A DNA stretch of 63,445 nucleotides, filler included, from Octopus bimaculoides (GCF_001194135.2; 4 parts of 4 records of this genome joined end to end with filler, not necessarily neighbours in it), one strand, 5' to 3'. Shown: positions 1 through 13,228, counted from the first letter of the whole stretch. A program made the numbers and translations. The notes: generated from the letters alone by a model not told the origin.

Positions 1-345
1 AGCTCATCCTCGGAACTTCCAAGAAGTCCCATCCTCAGAACTTTAGAGGAAGTAATTCCTTTCCTCCCCTCTTCCTTGGAACTTCCAAGGAAGTAATTCC
101 GCTCCATCATTGGAAATTTCCAGAAATAATTTTTCCTTCCTCGGACCTTTCCAGGGTGTGATTCCTCCTCTTCCTCGGAACTTTCCAGGAAATAATTCCT
201 CCCCTTCTCGTAACTATCCGTGAAGTAATTCTTCCCTTTCCTCCCCTCCTCGTAAATTTCGAGGAAGTGATTCTTCCCACTTCTCGGAACTTTGCAGCTA
301 GTAATTCCTCCCCTGCGTCTCCCTCCTCGGAACATTCCATAACAG
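1..345. repeat. Degenerate minisatellite, ~33-42 bp unit (truncated by window start)
   Basis: Repeated AATTCCTCC(C)..TTCCTCGGAACTTTCC(A)GGAAGT-like units, about 9 copies. Confidence 0.8.
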
Positions 346-1261
346 CTAAATCGCCCTCAAAACACGCTAATGTATTAATGTGACAATTCTGCATATTATG
401 TCGTTTGAATTAGAAACTCTAAGGTGTGTGAGCAACTGGTTGTGTTAATGGTAGAAGAACGTGGATTTGCATTAGAACAAGTTTTAATCGATCTTCTCGG
501 TAAGTATGGGGGTTAGGAAAAAATAGAAGAGGCATTAAGAAGTTGACGTTAAGAATTGCTTTAACAGAAAATGAAGCTGTAAGAATTAACGGGGAAATTG
601 TATGTAAGAATTAATAGCAAACGTATCTAATTTAAGAAAAGTGAAGTTAAATGATAAGTGAAGAAGTATGGAACAAGTAATTGTTATACGCTTATAGAAA
701 AACAATTTATATTATAGAATAGATACACGCCTGTTGAAGACGAAAATGTATGTGAGAACTATTGTATTCGACGTGTGTATAATCATAGACAAAGTGAAAA
801 ACATATGAAATGGACGTGTGTGTTTTTTGCGGCTAATTTGGCGGGAGTTTTGCAGTCACAGGAGGTGGTTTGTGTTTTAACTCTCGATCAATGGTCGGAC
901 AAGTGAAAATATTTTTTTAATATGTGTTTTGGGGAAAGAGGATCCTTTGAAGTGGGCGTCAAATGAAAAGAGACATGGATAGTTTTATGACTGAACTTCT
1001 TTTGAAGTTGACGTGAGACAGAAGAATTGGTGTGCATGCGTATGTCCGTGTGTGTGTGCATGTGTGTGTATGTTTGATGGAGTGTGCGAGATAGAGAGAA
1101 CAATGTTGATGGTGTGTGTGTATATGAGAGAGAGATAACTGAAACTTTTTATTCAGTTTTTATAGTGAGTGAATGTGTGAGTGATTGACAGAAAAAAACC
1201 AAGAGAGATGTATGAATGTATGAATGGCTTCAGTGACACACACTCAAATACACGCGCGCAC

Positions 1262-1449
1262 GCAGTTGTTTTAATCGATTTTCTCGGAAACTATCGGGGC
1301 TAGGAAAAAATACGAAGCGCGTTCCAATCTATGCACCCGTCTCCACATGTGTGCCATTTTCCAGGCGAATCCACCCAGCCGTTTGGCCGTGAATCTCGAG
1401 ACAAGAAAGAATACAACGGTCGCCCATGTTCAATTTATATTATAGATTT
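1262..1449 (+). mobile_element. Non-autonomous Helitron/HINE-like fragment
   Basis: GAATCCACCCAGCCGTTT core resembles the 11330 element; ends TTTATATTATAGAT; its first ~50 bp recur at ~481-535. Confidence 0.35.
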
Positions 1450-1609
1450 AAGTATATAATCATAGAAATATAATCATAATTAAGGGCTCTGGAATGCCAG
1501 CGCCTACGCTACAATCCACTCTAAATTTGTTCTCTATTTATAACCCCAGGTCATTCTTACACTCTAGGCCACTGACATAATCATCTTTATGGTTATATCC
1601 TTAAACTAT

Positions 1610-1674
<65 letters not shown>

Positions 1675-1719
1675 ATTTATATATTTATGTGTGTGTGTAC
1701 ATTTATATATATATGGATA

Positions 1720-2436
1720 CTGAGGACATTCCGAAAAAGGGATCAAAAGTCATGTTGACTCTATGGAGGACATTTGTTCTGAGCCGCCTAGACTATTGCT
1801 GTCAGTTGTGGTCACCACACAGTGTTAAGCGGACAGCAGAACTCGAGGCAATTCAGCGTCACTATACAAAAAAGATCGCCACAGTCCAACAGATGAACTA
1901 CAGGGAGCGACTGAAGACACTAGGTCTCTACTCCCCGGAGCGCAGACGGGAGAGATATGTAATAATATACATATGGAAAATACTGGAAGGACTGGTACCA
2001 AACTTTGGCATGAAGTACTACACAAATGCCCGCACAGGTCGCCACTGCATGGTACCAAGGGTACCGTCCACTGCATCTCACATAAGAACAAGGTGCTGCA
2101 ACAGCCTCGGTTTCAGAGGACCTCAGCTCTTTAATGCCCTGCCAAAACATTTGAGAGACCTGCAAGACATGGATATAGAGGTCTTCAAAACAAAACTCGA
2201 CGCTTTCCTCTCCACGATACGAGACGAACCAATGGCTCGAAATGAGACACAGTTTAGGGCAGCGATGTCAAATTCTCTTATACACCAGATGTGCCATCAA
2301 AACTATATCAGGTGGAGGAGAAGAGCCATGCAAGGAACGTGAAGAGAGCACAGCATAAAGACGGAAAGTCATGATAGTGCTCCAGCATGACCATAGCCAC
2401 TTGGCTGAAACCCATAAATAAATAAATAAATAAATA
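1720..2436 (+). mobile_element. CR1/L2-group LINE, 5'-truncated 3' end (RT C-terminus, 3'UTR, (TAAA)n tail)
   Basis: ORF 1689..2342 carries FVLSRLDYCCQLWSP, LEAIQR, YRERLKTLGLYSPERRRERY, typical of CR1-group ORF2 C-termini; (TAAA)n tail at ~2415-2435; second copy at 30592. Confidence 0.9.
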
Positions 2437-2577
2437 GATTTATATTGATCTGTATTAATATTTATTAATGTATGTGTATTTTCAAAAGTATTTAAAAAAA
2501 TTTCGTCTTTGTTTTCCGTTTGAGAATTTGCTGATTAACCCAAACATTGATTCGGAGTTTACCTCTTCAATTATATA

Positions 2578-2726
2578 TATATACGACAAGCTTCTTTCAG
2601 TTTCCGTCTATCAAATCTACTCACAGGGCTTTGGTCGGCACTTTCCCAAGCTACCATGCAGTGGGACTGAACTCGTAACCTTGTGGCTGGGTAGCAAGCT
2701 TCTTTCCACACAGCCACGCCTGCACC
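2578..2726 (-). mobile_element. SINE family 1 (tRNA head, CORE-like), 5' half
   Basis: Reverse complement matches the head of the full copy at 33549. Confidence 0.85.
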
Positions 2727-3232
2727 TAATTTATATAATAAACTCAACCACAAACCCACAATCGTAAGCAGATGTATTTTAATATATTTCAAATGTAACA
2801 CAAACACACAATTACTCATCCGCACCCGCCCACATTTACCCCCAAAACTCTTTTATTCATGTAAATACCCGTTTATCGCTCCCAATATCCGGCATCTAAA
2901 TACATCAATTATTCCTAAATCCTAAATACATCTGATGAGCATAAACACTTATGCGTAAGTGTGGGTGAGTGAGTATAAATATGTGTGTGTGCGTGTGTGT
3001 GTGAGTGAGAGACGGAAAAAGGGTGGGGAGGAAGAGAAGAAGGAAGAGCCTAAGCTTATCATCTTAAAGAAAATTTTAGAATAACGTTTACTAATGAGGA
3101 GATTCAGTTCTGACAGTATAGTCAAATGTGATAAAATTCGTTTTGACTGGGCTATTAAATTTCGCCTAACAGCTTATTCAGCCAGCTGTGTACCACATAT
3201 ACTATGGCCGTGTACTCAGAATTTTGCGTCTC

Positions 3233-3610
3233 GCGCACATGTTTCCGTCCCACTACGCGGCACATTGAGCAAGTGTCTTCTACTATAGCCCTGGGCCAAC
3301 CAAAGCCTTGTGAATAGATTTAGTAGACTGAAATTAAAAGTCCGTCGTATATACATTTGTGTACATATTTATGTGCGTATGTGTAACTTTGTCTTTGTGC
3401 ATTTGTTCCCCACCACCGACCGATAACTGGTACTGGTTTGTTTACGACCCTCTAATTTAGCGATTCGTCAAAAAGACCGATAGAATTAGTACCAGATTTT
3501 AAAGACTAAAATATGTTTTGGGGTTGGTTTGCTTGACTAAAATTCTTCAATGCAGTCATCCAGCTTCACAACAGTCTAATGACTGAAACATATAAAAGAT
3601 AAAAGATAAA
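3233..3610 (+). mobile_element. SINE family 1, diverged copy
   Basis: CORE-like GCAAGTGTCTTCTACTATAGCC, internal TA/TG repeat, tail CAGTCTAATGACTGAAAC. Confidence 0.8.
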
Positions 3611-3669
<59 letters not shown>

Positions 3670-4329
3670 GCACACAAGTATGATAGTGGTTTGTGTTACG
3701 CTGGTCGTTGGCTTCGTCAGATGTAGAAGTGATGGACAGCTCACCCACCAAAGTGTTTCTTTCCTTTTTTTAATCAGAGTCTATTGTCTGGCGCTTTTTA
3801 CAAGTGGTATGTATCAGACAATAGACTTTTTTTCGGTGATAAGATTTAGTGTGTACCAATTGGATTCGGTGCTGAACGGGAGCTGAATACACACCGAGGA
3901 GAGCGACATCTACAGCGCGGTTCAATATCTTTATGAATAATTTTCATGACGAGCGAGTTTAGCAATATCGTATAAGCAATATCAAAGCAAAGACTAACTT
4001 TAAAAGACTGGAAAGCTCTGGGACTTTTTCTTGCAATGAAAGAAAACAAGAGAAAAAATGTACAAGGGAGTTAAGTGAGACAAATAAGATCGTTGTGCTA
4101 GTTTTACTACTTCTGGTAGATGAATAAATGAATCACGAGTGGCGAGAAGCAAGACGGTAAATTAGATACTAGAATTCCAAGTGTAGCACAGTAATGCACC
4201 AGTGCCAGTATTCGCCTTTCAGAAGTAGAAAGATTGCTAAAAAAACAATAATAATAATAAAAGCCAAACATGCTACCGTCAATTCTATTTTCGTGTCTAT
4301 CCTGACCCATGATCATGAATATTGCATAA

Positions 4330-4757
4330 TGATCAAAACAGTACGATCACGAATAAGAACGGCCGAAATTGGGGTTCAACCGAAATGTCTCTTGAGTAAC
4401 GTTACTCGACATGTGTCAAACTGAGAAATCAGCGAGTTTCTCCTGGTGAAGCCGCTGCTTGAATCCGCATTGAGAGGTTTACAGTTCCGGTACTAAAGAT
4501 ATATGATCAGAATGTCTGAAGAAAGAATCGCAAGACGGATTCTTGTAGCCAAGCCAATCGGCTGGAGACCAAGGGGTAGACCAAAAACGAGATGATTGGA
4601 TAATATTCATAGTCTCAGCTGGTCTCGCTTGGGAATCTCGTCGGAAAGTCTAATAATGATTGCTTCTGAATAGGACCCTATGGAAGAGGTACCTTAGGAC
4701 TCTAGTCTCACTACTCTTCCTGGAATAACCAGCAAAGAAGAGGATTTGTTATTACTA
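4330..4757 (+). mobile_element. RTE-clade LINE 3' fragment (Expander/Rex3-like)
   Basis: Degenerate translation RIARRILVAKPIGWRPRGRPKTR*LDNIHSLSWSRLGI. Confidence 0.75.
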
Positions 4758-5215
4758 TTATGGCCGGGTTCGAACCTGTGCCGCAGCAACAAAGTCCACC
4801 TGCCACACATCTCGGTACATCATCATTGCCTCAAGTTTCTGGATACATTCCAGGCCAGTGTCTACAATCAAGTTGTCGATGTAAGTGTGATGACGTTTTC
4901 GTCTTCTTACATCACCATGATGTGGGTTCCACAAGACTAATTTGGATTCTTCTAGCTCAGGGTGGCACACACAATAACAAGATAGTCGCAGTCATCTTTG
5001 CCTGATCTCCTTGCTAACTTTCGCCAGGTTTCCCATAAAGGCATTCGTTTGTTATATGTTGCTGCCATTTCACATTTAGGGCAATTCGTAGCATCTCCTT
5101 GCGTAGCAGCCATTTAACCCATTTGATAATTTCTTTGTCAGTGTCTATGTTTCAATGCCATTTAATAGCATTGACTCGACAGTTGTAATGAACAGCTTCA
5201 TTTTGATTTGCCTGG
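4758..5215 (-). mobile_element. RTE-clade LINE 3' fragment (second subfamily)
   Basis: Frameshifted translation KLFITTVESMLLNGIET*TLTK, MLRIALNVKWQQHITNE, CHPELEESKLVLWNPHHG. Confidence 0.75.
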
Positions 5216-5759
5216 ATGGTTGGATGGAATAACTAACTAAATAAACAAATAAATGAATAAATAAATAATATGGACACATTCAAAGAGATTGTTTATTAAG
5301 GAGACTGGTTGACACTTTGCCGGTATTTAATTTGCTATTATCGCTGATTTGTTAATCTTTTTACATTGTCCCTCCTATGCTTTATATTCATTTATTTATT
5401 CATAATTATAATTATTATTTTGTGTATGTTCTTACTTAACCCAAATTTCACCCCCTACTTTGTCCAAATTAGAAAGGGGAGTTACCTCTTCTCTCTAAGT
5501 TAACTTGTACACCTATGTATTCTAGAAAATAATTACACAAGAAATATATTAGGTTCTTTATAATGAAATGTATAATTAAGAAAGTATAAAACGAAGTTAT
5601 GGATATATGTATGAACTAATGTGATTATATGAGTTTTCATATGCGTGCAGGTGTGTGTGTATGTGTGTGTGTGCATGTATCTGCGCGCGCGTATTTGTTG
5701 AATGTATTTGAGCGTATTATTATTAGACATGAATTATATTTGTGAATTACTGCTAATAT

Positions 5760-6265
5760 ATTGTTGTGACCCCCTTCGGTCATGAATGACCATGGGATTG
5801 CACCTAGAAAGTTACCCTCCAAGGCACAAGTCTGGGCAAGGTTATTTATGGAAGACCAGAAGTCGCCCATGCATACCAGCCAACCGTCTCCACGCCACCG
5901 ATGTTATCCAAGGGAGGCAAAGGCTGATACAGCTTGGCACCAGTGACGTCGCAGCTCATTTATTAACGTGCAAGTGGCTGAGCACTCTACAGACCCTTAA
6001 CGTAGTTTTCCGAAAGATTCAGCGTGACACAGAATGTAACAAGGCTGGCCCTATGAAATACAGGTACAACAGAAACAGGAAGAAAGAGTGAGAGAAAGTT
6101 GTGGTGAAAGAGTACGGCAGAGTTCACCACCACCCCCTGCTGGAGCTCCTTGGAGCTTTAAGTGTTTTCGCTCAATAAACACTCACAAAGCCCGGTCTGG
6201 AAATCGAAACCGTGATCCTACGACTGCGAGTCCGCTGCTCTAACCACTGGGTCATTGCACCTCTA
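5760..6265 (-). mobile_element. SINE family 3 (tRNA head) joined to a different 3' segment
   Basis: ~5965-6265 matches the 43116 SINE; 5760-5960 does not. Confidence 0.75.
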
Positions 6266-6343
6266 CTGCTAATATGTACGCAAAATATGTATTCGTGAAT
6301 GTGAAGGATTGCCTGTATCTATGCATCACGCACACACACGCAC

Positions 6344-6379
<36 letters not shown>

Positions 6380-8123
6380 ACACACATTACGAGTACGTGT
6401 GTTTATATGAGCATGTGTCTATGTATATTAGCAAGTATTTATCGACGTACTTAAGTCTGTGTACAAGTATGTATGAATGTATGCGTATATGGATGTACGT
6501 ATTTATACTTGTACGTAAGTATTCGCGAGTGTAACTGTTTCAATCTCTATCAATATATGAGTATTCACGTACGCGTATGTGTGTAACTTTGAAGATATAG
6601 AACAAAGCGTACCGAACTTTGCAATAAGGTAAACATTGTTACATAATGAATGTCATCTGTCTAGAATCGGGGTGTGGAAACTGCACCTACAATGCCTCAT
6701 ACATCTCTTTGATGTCCTTAAGTACGACCTTCTGGAAGAACCTCAGTATTTTGCATATATATATATAGTCGCTTATTCATCTCACAAATGTTTATAATTT
6801 ATTTAAAATGTCATTAAAATGTCAGTTTACATTTTGTTTTATTTCTTATCTAATATCTATAATTACATTTTCACCATAAATGTAATTATATTTTTCTATA
6901 GATCTAATAAAATTTTCTTTGACGCTCTCGTATTAGAGTTTACACTCATGTCAATGGGACCTTCTTCACGTCCCTGATCCAGATGGAAACAACTATTCTG
7001 TTATTCTTTTACTTGGGCTCAGTTCCCAACATCAAGGGTTTTATTTGGCGGCATCAATTACACCGACTTCAGGGTTTTTTAGCCAATCGTAAAGTCATAC
7101 GAGCGGCGTATACAGAATCTTTAGTAAATCGGATGAAGCGGCTGGTAGTATTTGTTCCGGTTCTCTTCACTCCGAGCTCAAATCCCGCCCAGGTCAACTT
7201 TTATATTTTCGAGATCGATAGAAAAATATTACACACATGAGTCTATAGACATAAATAAATAAAAAGCCAATATGCTCGACCAAGACCCTTTAAGAGAGTA
7301 TCTCAGCATGGTCATAGTTCTATGACTGAAACCTCTTAATAAATGTAAGATGTTTCTGAGGGTTACATACCACGAAGCTTCTTCTGGATTGAAATAACAA
7401 CTGAATAGAAAATTAGTTCGTATTGGTTCCTGTTACTAGTGCGGTACTGTATCACTAGTTAACACACAAATTAACTCTCAAATTGCGAAACCTGCAGAGC
7501 CGTCAAAGGTATCAAGTCACATAAACTGCAGCATCATTGTAATTTTGATAAAATAACATTTAGCATTGATTTCAATTCCTCCTGTGGATGGATATAGCAT
7601 GGTGGAGGACGATATCTTAATACACTACATGAACACATACTGTTGCTATAGTTTTGTTGTAGTTTGATTCGCGGTCATCTCCATTAAAGTTCCCTACTTA
7701 TCATAGATTTGGCTGTTGTTGGTGTTGTTAGTAATTAATTCCTGGCTGGTCCTGATCAGTACTATTATGAAAAGCATTCCAGTCGAGAGAGCACCCGGTG
7801 TTATGTAATAGTCCACCCTTGACTGCCTTATCTCAAAGGTATTTTACTTTCCCGTTATAAGACGGTAAGGTGTGATTTGAAAGAGGTTTAGAGCTGCTTT
7901 TTCGAGCAGTCTGATAGACCACATAAAAGCCACCATCCCGCGTTTTCCATTATCATGGTCATATCTTCAATGGCACACATGCCAGTCAATAGACTATGTG
8001 ATTCCCCCATCTGATTGATTAAACTTATCGGTAACGTACCTATAATGACTACTGGAAACAGCTGTAATCCAAATTTGCTCTAATAAAGGAAAATATGTAA
8101 TTGCCATTGTCAATAACTTGTCC

Positions 8124-8165
<42 letters not shown>

Positions 8166-8166
<1 letters not shown>

Positions 8167-8897
8167 TGGTCTGATCAATAAGTATCCGGTCTATTGCAAT
8201 AGTAACGAAGCTACAGCACGCAGAGTCAAGCCTCTTGACACGGACTGATAGTGAACGCTGTTGTGCATGCGCATTAAGTTTAACGTTCTAGCTCACGTCC
8301 GCTGTTTACAACAGTACTTGGAAGGAAGGTGTGTAGTGTGTGATCGTCGCATTAACCTAACAGAGAAAGTTGAGCAGAGGATCTGCATCAAATTTTGCCA
8401 AAAGCTTGGCGATATCTGTTCAGAGGCTTACGCAAAGTTTTCAAAAAGTTTTCATCGACAGAATCAAGGAGATCTCGTGCAACTAAAACCCGAGTGTCTT
8501 TTTGGTCAGCTGAAAGCAGATTTGGCACAAACTTGGCAGATACACGTCTCAGAACGTTCTTCAATATGGCCATTTTCTCGGCCACCTGGGAAACGTCTGA
8601 ACCACTCATACACTTGTATGCGGCTCATATGCTTCTCGCCATACACTTTCTGCAACTTTGCATAGACCTCTGAGCAGATATCGCTATGACAACTTTCTCT
8701 GTCATGGTCAATGCGACGATCACACGCTACACACCTTCCTTTCAAGCATTGCTGTAAATAGCGGAAGTGAGCTAGAACTTAGAACTGAGTGCGCATGCAC
8801 AGTAGAGTTTAAGGTCAATCTTTGCCAAGCAGCGTCACTCTGCGTGCTTTAGCTTCATTACTATGGCAACAATCTGGATACTTATTGATCAGACATA
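8166..8897. mobile_element. Mariner-derived foldback element built from two transposon 5' ends
   Basis: GTCTGATCAATAAGTATCC at 8169 and its reverse complement ending 8894; + arm encodes TEKVEQRICIKFCQKLG; - arm encodes KVYGEKHMSRIQVYEWFRRF and RRVSAKFVPNLLSADQK; TA repeats on both flanks. Confidence 0.85.
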
Positions 8898-8904
8898 TAT
8901 ATAT

Positions 8905-9050
8905 ATATACACGAATGGCTTATTTCAGTTCCCATCTATCAGCTCCATTTACATAGCTTTGGTCAGCCCGAGACTATAGCAAAATACACTTTCCCAAGCT
9001 GTCACACAACAATGGGACTGAATCCGTTAACATGTGGTTGAGAAGCAACC
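8905..9050 (-). mobile_element. SINE family 1, partial 5' half
   Basis: Matches the reverse complement of 33549-33710. Confidence 0.7.
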
Positions 9051-9119
9051 ACAAGGTTTGGTTTCACCTCCCTTTCTCTTTCTCTCTCCTCATTAAAGAT
9101 ATCTCGCCATAACATTTAT

Positions 9120-9340
9120 CACCACATCCCATACACCTATAATACCACCATTCACTCGCCTCCTTACTCTTGTGTATAAAGGCTTTAAGTTAACTTGACT
9201 CTGATTGAAGTATCCTTGATGCACTGTCCAAAATTCCATGCAACTATGACCCCCAGGTCTTGTTTATGGTCCTCCTTATGACCTAGCGTCTGACACTGCC
9301 TATGATCAGTCAGGGATAATGTAGTAGTTGCCTTTATACC
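9120..9340 (-). mobile_element. CR1-type RT fragment
   Basis: KQDLGVIV motif resembles EKDLGV of CR1 RT; otherwise heavily degraded. Confidence 0.45.
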
Positions 9341-9799
9341 ATTAGCCACACATTAAACAAACTCATACGCGAGTTTCCTTCATGTTTGAATATTCCAACG
9401 GAAGTAGTGAAAGTCGACTCGAAATATTGTTAATAAGTATGATTACGATGGCGAAGTGTAGGAGGACGAAGTCAACAACAATACTGATGAGAATGTTGTT
9501 GTTCTTGATGGTGATGATGATGATGATGAAGATGATGATGTTGTTGATGATGATGTTGATGATGATGAGAAGACTAAGGATGAGGAGATGGTGGTGGACG
9601 AGGCTGTGGTGGCATTAATTGTAATATAAGTGTTTAAATACGTTAACATAACTTAGTTATGGAGAACATAATTGAATCCTAAATAACAGCAATTGATTGA
9701 TAAGCCACATGGTTTTAGTGCAAAACTCTCAACTAATTAAATGAATTAAGCAGCGAAATGAAGGCGCAGTGCTTCCTTTTACTAATATGTATTAACGAC

Positions 9800-9875
9800 A
9801 CGCGCACACACACACATATACACAGATGCATACATTGACACTCATATATTACCTGATATAAGGATACAGAACGAT

Positions 9876-9936
<61 letters not shown>

Positions 9937-10064
9937 CACGCATGCATACATACATGATGCATACATGCATGCATATATATATATATGCATACATACACAC
10001 ACACATGGATATATACATATATGTATATATATATATATATATGCGCGTATATAATATATACATT

Positions 10065-10132
<68 letters not shown>

Positions 10133-10165
10133 CTCACACATGTATATATTTATGCGCTCGCACAC
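9800..10165. repeat. Compound (CA)n/(TA)n microsatellite block
   Basis: Direct reading; representative of dozens of CA, TA, GA, TCTA, TATG and CAT arrays across the window. Confidence 0.95.
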
Positions 10166-11329
10166 GCACATATAATGAAATTACTAAATCCAAATACATT
10201 TACGCATAAATACGTCAAAGTATAAATTTACCTCTTGTACCTTACGTTACTGTTAAATGCCTAAAGATTTTATTATTAAACCATCTGACAAACACACTGA
10301 AGCGGTGGCAATGTTGGTGTGGTGGAATACTGTTGATGGTGGCTCAGTGATGTGTATTCTGTCAGCAGTGTTACCTTGGTATCTAACGCAACAGGGAAAG
10401 TCACGTTGTTATTTAAATATAAGAAGATACCAAGAAGTAGAATGACTTAGCTCCGTAATTGACATGTGCTAACAACAGGGTAGATATTTTCAGTTTCATA
10501 ATCTCAGTTCTCTCAGCATAAGCACTTAGTACCTTATGACCATTACCCAACATGCCATTGATTCTAAATATCAATACCCTTGGCCACTAACAATAATAGT
10601 CACTGCATCTCACTGTCATACAAAAGGAAGAACGTATTCGATAACGCAGCAATCGATTGCATAATGTAGTTAGCGAAAGATTTACTGCTATGCCTAAAAA
10701 TAGGTTTAATTATGGGCGGAATACTTTTCAAAATAGTTCTCTTCGATCAGGGTTGACATGAGTGGAATAACGACGACGACGACGACGATAACAACAATAA
10801 CAACATCTACAATAAAAACAACAAAGCAATGACAGCAATAGTCACCCCAAAGTTGTTTGATTTCCAATTTCTGGCAGCCAAATCTTCTTCAAATGATAGC
10901 TTTGCATTTTAAATATGGATACATAGACCAGATTAAGTTATTCTTAAAATATTTTATGAGAAAAAAAAAGACAGTATAGTCATACTTTGAAAGCTGATCG
11001 GACGATTTAGGTTGGTCTTAAGCAATTATTTAATCTGACATGTGTGAAAGCCATTACAGAGATACATAAACATTTATTCTGCACGAAGAAAATGGCAAAA
11101 TCCACTGAAAGGTGAATGTTTCTCCAAATACTCACAAAACACCATGGTGAAAAAAAAAAAAAGGTGGGTGGAAATTACAGAAATAACAACAATGTCGACA
11201 ACAAAATTCATAGCTAAAACAATAATAACAACAGCATTTAGAGAACGCAAATCTTCGCCAAGGCAACACCAACGTCCTCTCAACGAGAATACTAAAAATG
11301 AACCTGACTGCTCTTAAAAATTAAGTAAA

Positions 11330-11585
11330 AAAATAATAAAACGGAAAAGTAATCCAGAATCCTTGTCCGGTACCGGATCGATCCCAAAATCTAATCAGTT
11401 CGTGCCAGTCACGAAGCTAAACATCCCTGAAAGTTTCATCCGAATCCATCTGGCGGTTCTTGAAATGTCTTGTCCGCGGACAAACAAACAAACAAACAAT
11501 CAAACAAACAAACAAAAAAACAAACAAACAAACAAACAAACGCGACTGAAAACAATACCTCCGCCTTAGCTAAGGTGGAGTTAAT
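11330..11585 (+). mobile_element. HINE/DINE-1/pearl-like non-autonomous element
   Basis: Core, then (AAAC)n microsatellite at ~11480-11540, then 3' palindrome CTCCGCCTTAGCTAAGGTGGAG (11559-11580). Confidence 0.6.
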
Positions 11586-11594
11586 AATTCGTTC

Positions 11595-11790
11595 TACCAT
11601 AGGCGCATGGCCTGAAATTTTGGAGGAGGAGGTTAGTCAATTTCATCAACCTCAGTGCCCAACTGGTACTTATTCCATCAACCCTGAAAGGATGAAAGGC
11701 AAAGTCGACCTCGGTTGAATTTGAACTCAGAATGTGAAGACGGACGATATGCCGTTTAGCATGCAAACGATTCTGCAAGCTCACCACCTT
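11595..11790 (-). mobile_element. SINE family 2 (tRNA head; GCCTTTCATCCTTTCGGGGTCGATAAA-type core)
   Basis: Reverse complement of the family seen at 19176; core resembles the Meta-SINE domain from memory (not verified). Confidence 0.8.
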
Positions 11791-13151
11791 CTAGAACAAT
11801 GATAATATTAATAACAGAATGATACAAAGAGAAAGTAGCCAGTATAGAACAGGTCTTCCCAATGTCACAGGTACTGACAGAAAGCAATAAAGCATTGATG
11901 GCTTTGATGCAATTTTCGAACTGAATTATCCCATACGACATTCAAGTTGACATAATTCAAACAAATATTTTATCACCTCAGTACTGAACGCTATATATTT
12001 CAGATGATTCAGACTATATCTCATAAAAGAAAACCTCAGGTGCATAGTCATAGAAATTACATTCCAATAGGCGGGACCACACTAGAAATACAGGCTTTGA
12101 AAATTTATTAACCAGTTATACGAAGTACATTGCTTTGCTAAACGCATATACACACGTTTCTCTGTCGCATTTATACCAACCATTGTTAATTCTTATTTAA
12201 ATGGGCCAAAGGAACCAAACACTTATCGCTCTTCCTTCCATGCTCTTTTCCTGTTCCCTTTCTTCGATTACTTTTTATCCTCTTGTTCTTTTTCGTTTAT
12301 TCTTATTTATTTTCTACAGAGAGGTCATTTTGTCTTCTGAGACTGAATGATTACCAGATAATACACGGCACGCTGTAGAATTTACATTATTTACATTTGA
12401 CGGATATTTGTCCTCATCTTGTAAATAATGTAAATAATTCCTCATCTCTTAAATATAGAACTGTACGCTGTAGAAGCTCGTCCGACTATTGTATTATCAG
12501 AGGCATGAAACTTATAGTAGCTCTAATTAAAATCCTGCGTACATACACACACACACGCACAAACACACATACATACAAACACACACACGCACGCACACAC
12601 ACATAAACACACAAACACACACACACATGCACGCACACACACATAAACACACAAACACACACCCACATGTACACATATATGCACACACACATGTTGTCCG
12701 AACAAGAAGACAGTATCTTCCAAACACCATTAATGGAAACCTCACTGAATTCAATACGTCTTAGTTTTCAAATGCCGGAGGAAAAAATAGAGGTAACATA
12801 ATAGCATCACAATTAAATATTCCACGTCAACCCACAACAAACATACACGCCTATACATACACGCGCGCCCGCACGCACACATATATCACCAAAATAACTA
12901 CCATAACTCTACTTCATACTCACAGACGTTGGCTACCATTACCAATTGGCAGACAATTCCCCAACTCACTCAGACCATTTCTCAATTACATTTTAAATAC
13001 ACTCACACATCAATGAAGAAAGCAAAAGCAATTTTCCCAACTAAGAAATAAAAGTCCAATGGAACAAGTTTCTCCAAGTTACAGAATTAAGTTTTCCGTC
13101 ATTGAACACCACTTCATTCTGCCAACAATGCCAAAATAATTTCAGGCATAT

Positions 13152-13228
<77 letters not shown>

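Noticed and set aside
6691-6731. Minus-strand exon candidate KVVLKDIKEMYEA with AG/GT boundaries
   Set aside because: Equally resembles an RT fragment (IKDMYE); too short to support
9733-10209. ORFs made of YI/CV/HT/LS/RE/M repeats throughout the window
   Set aside because: Translations of di- and trinucleotide microsatellites
13040-13150. CQQCQN..HIL zinc-knuckle-like LINE C-terminus
   Set aside because: Single short motif running into a microsatellite; insufficient support
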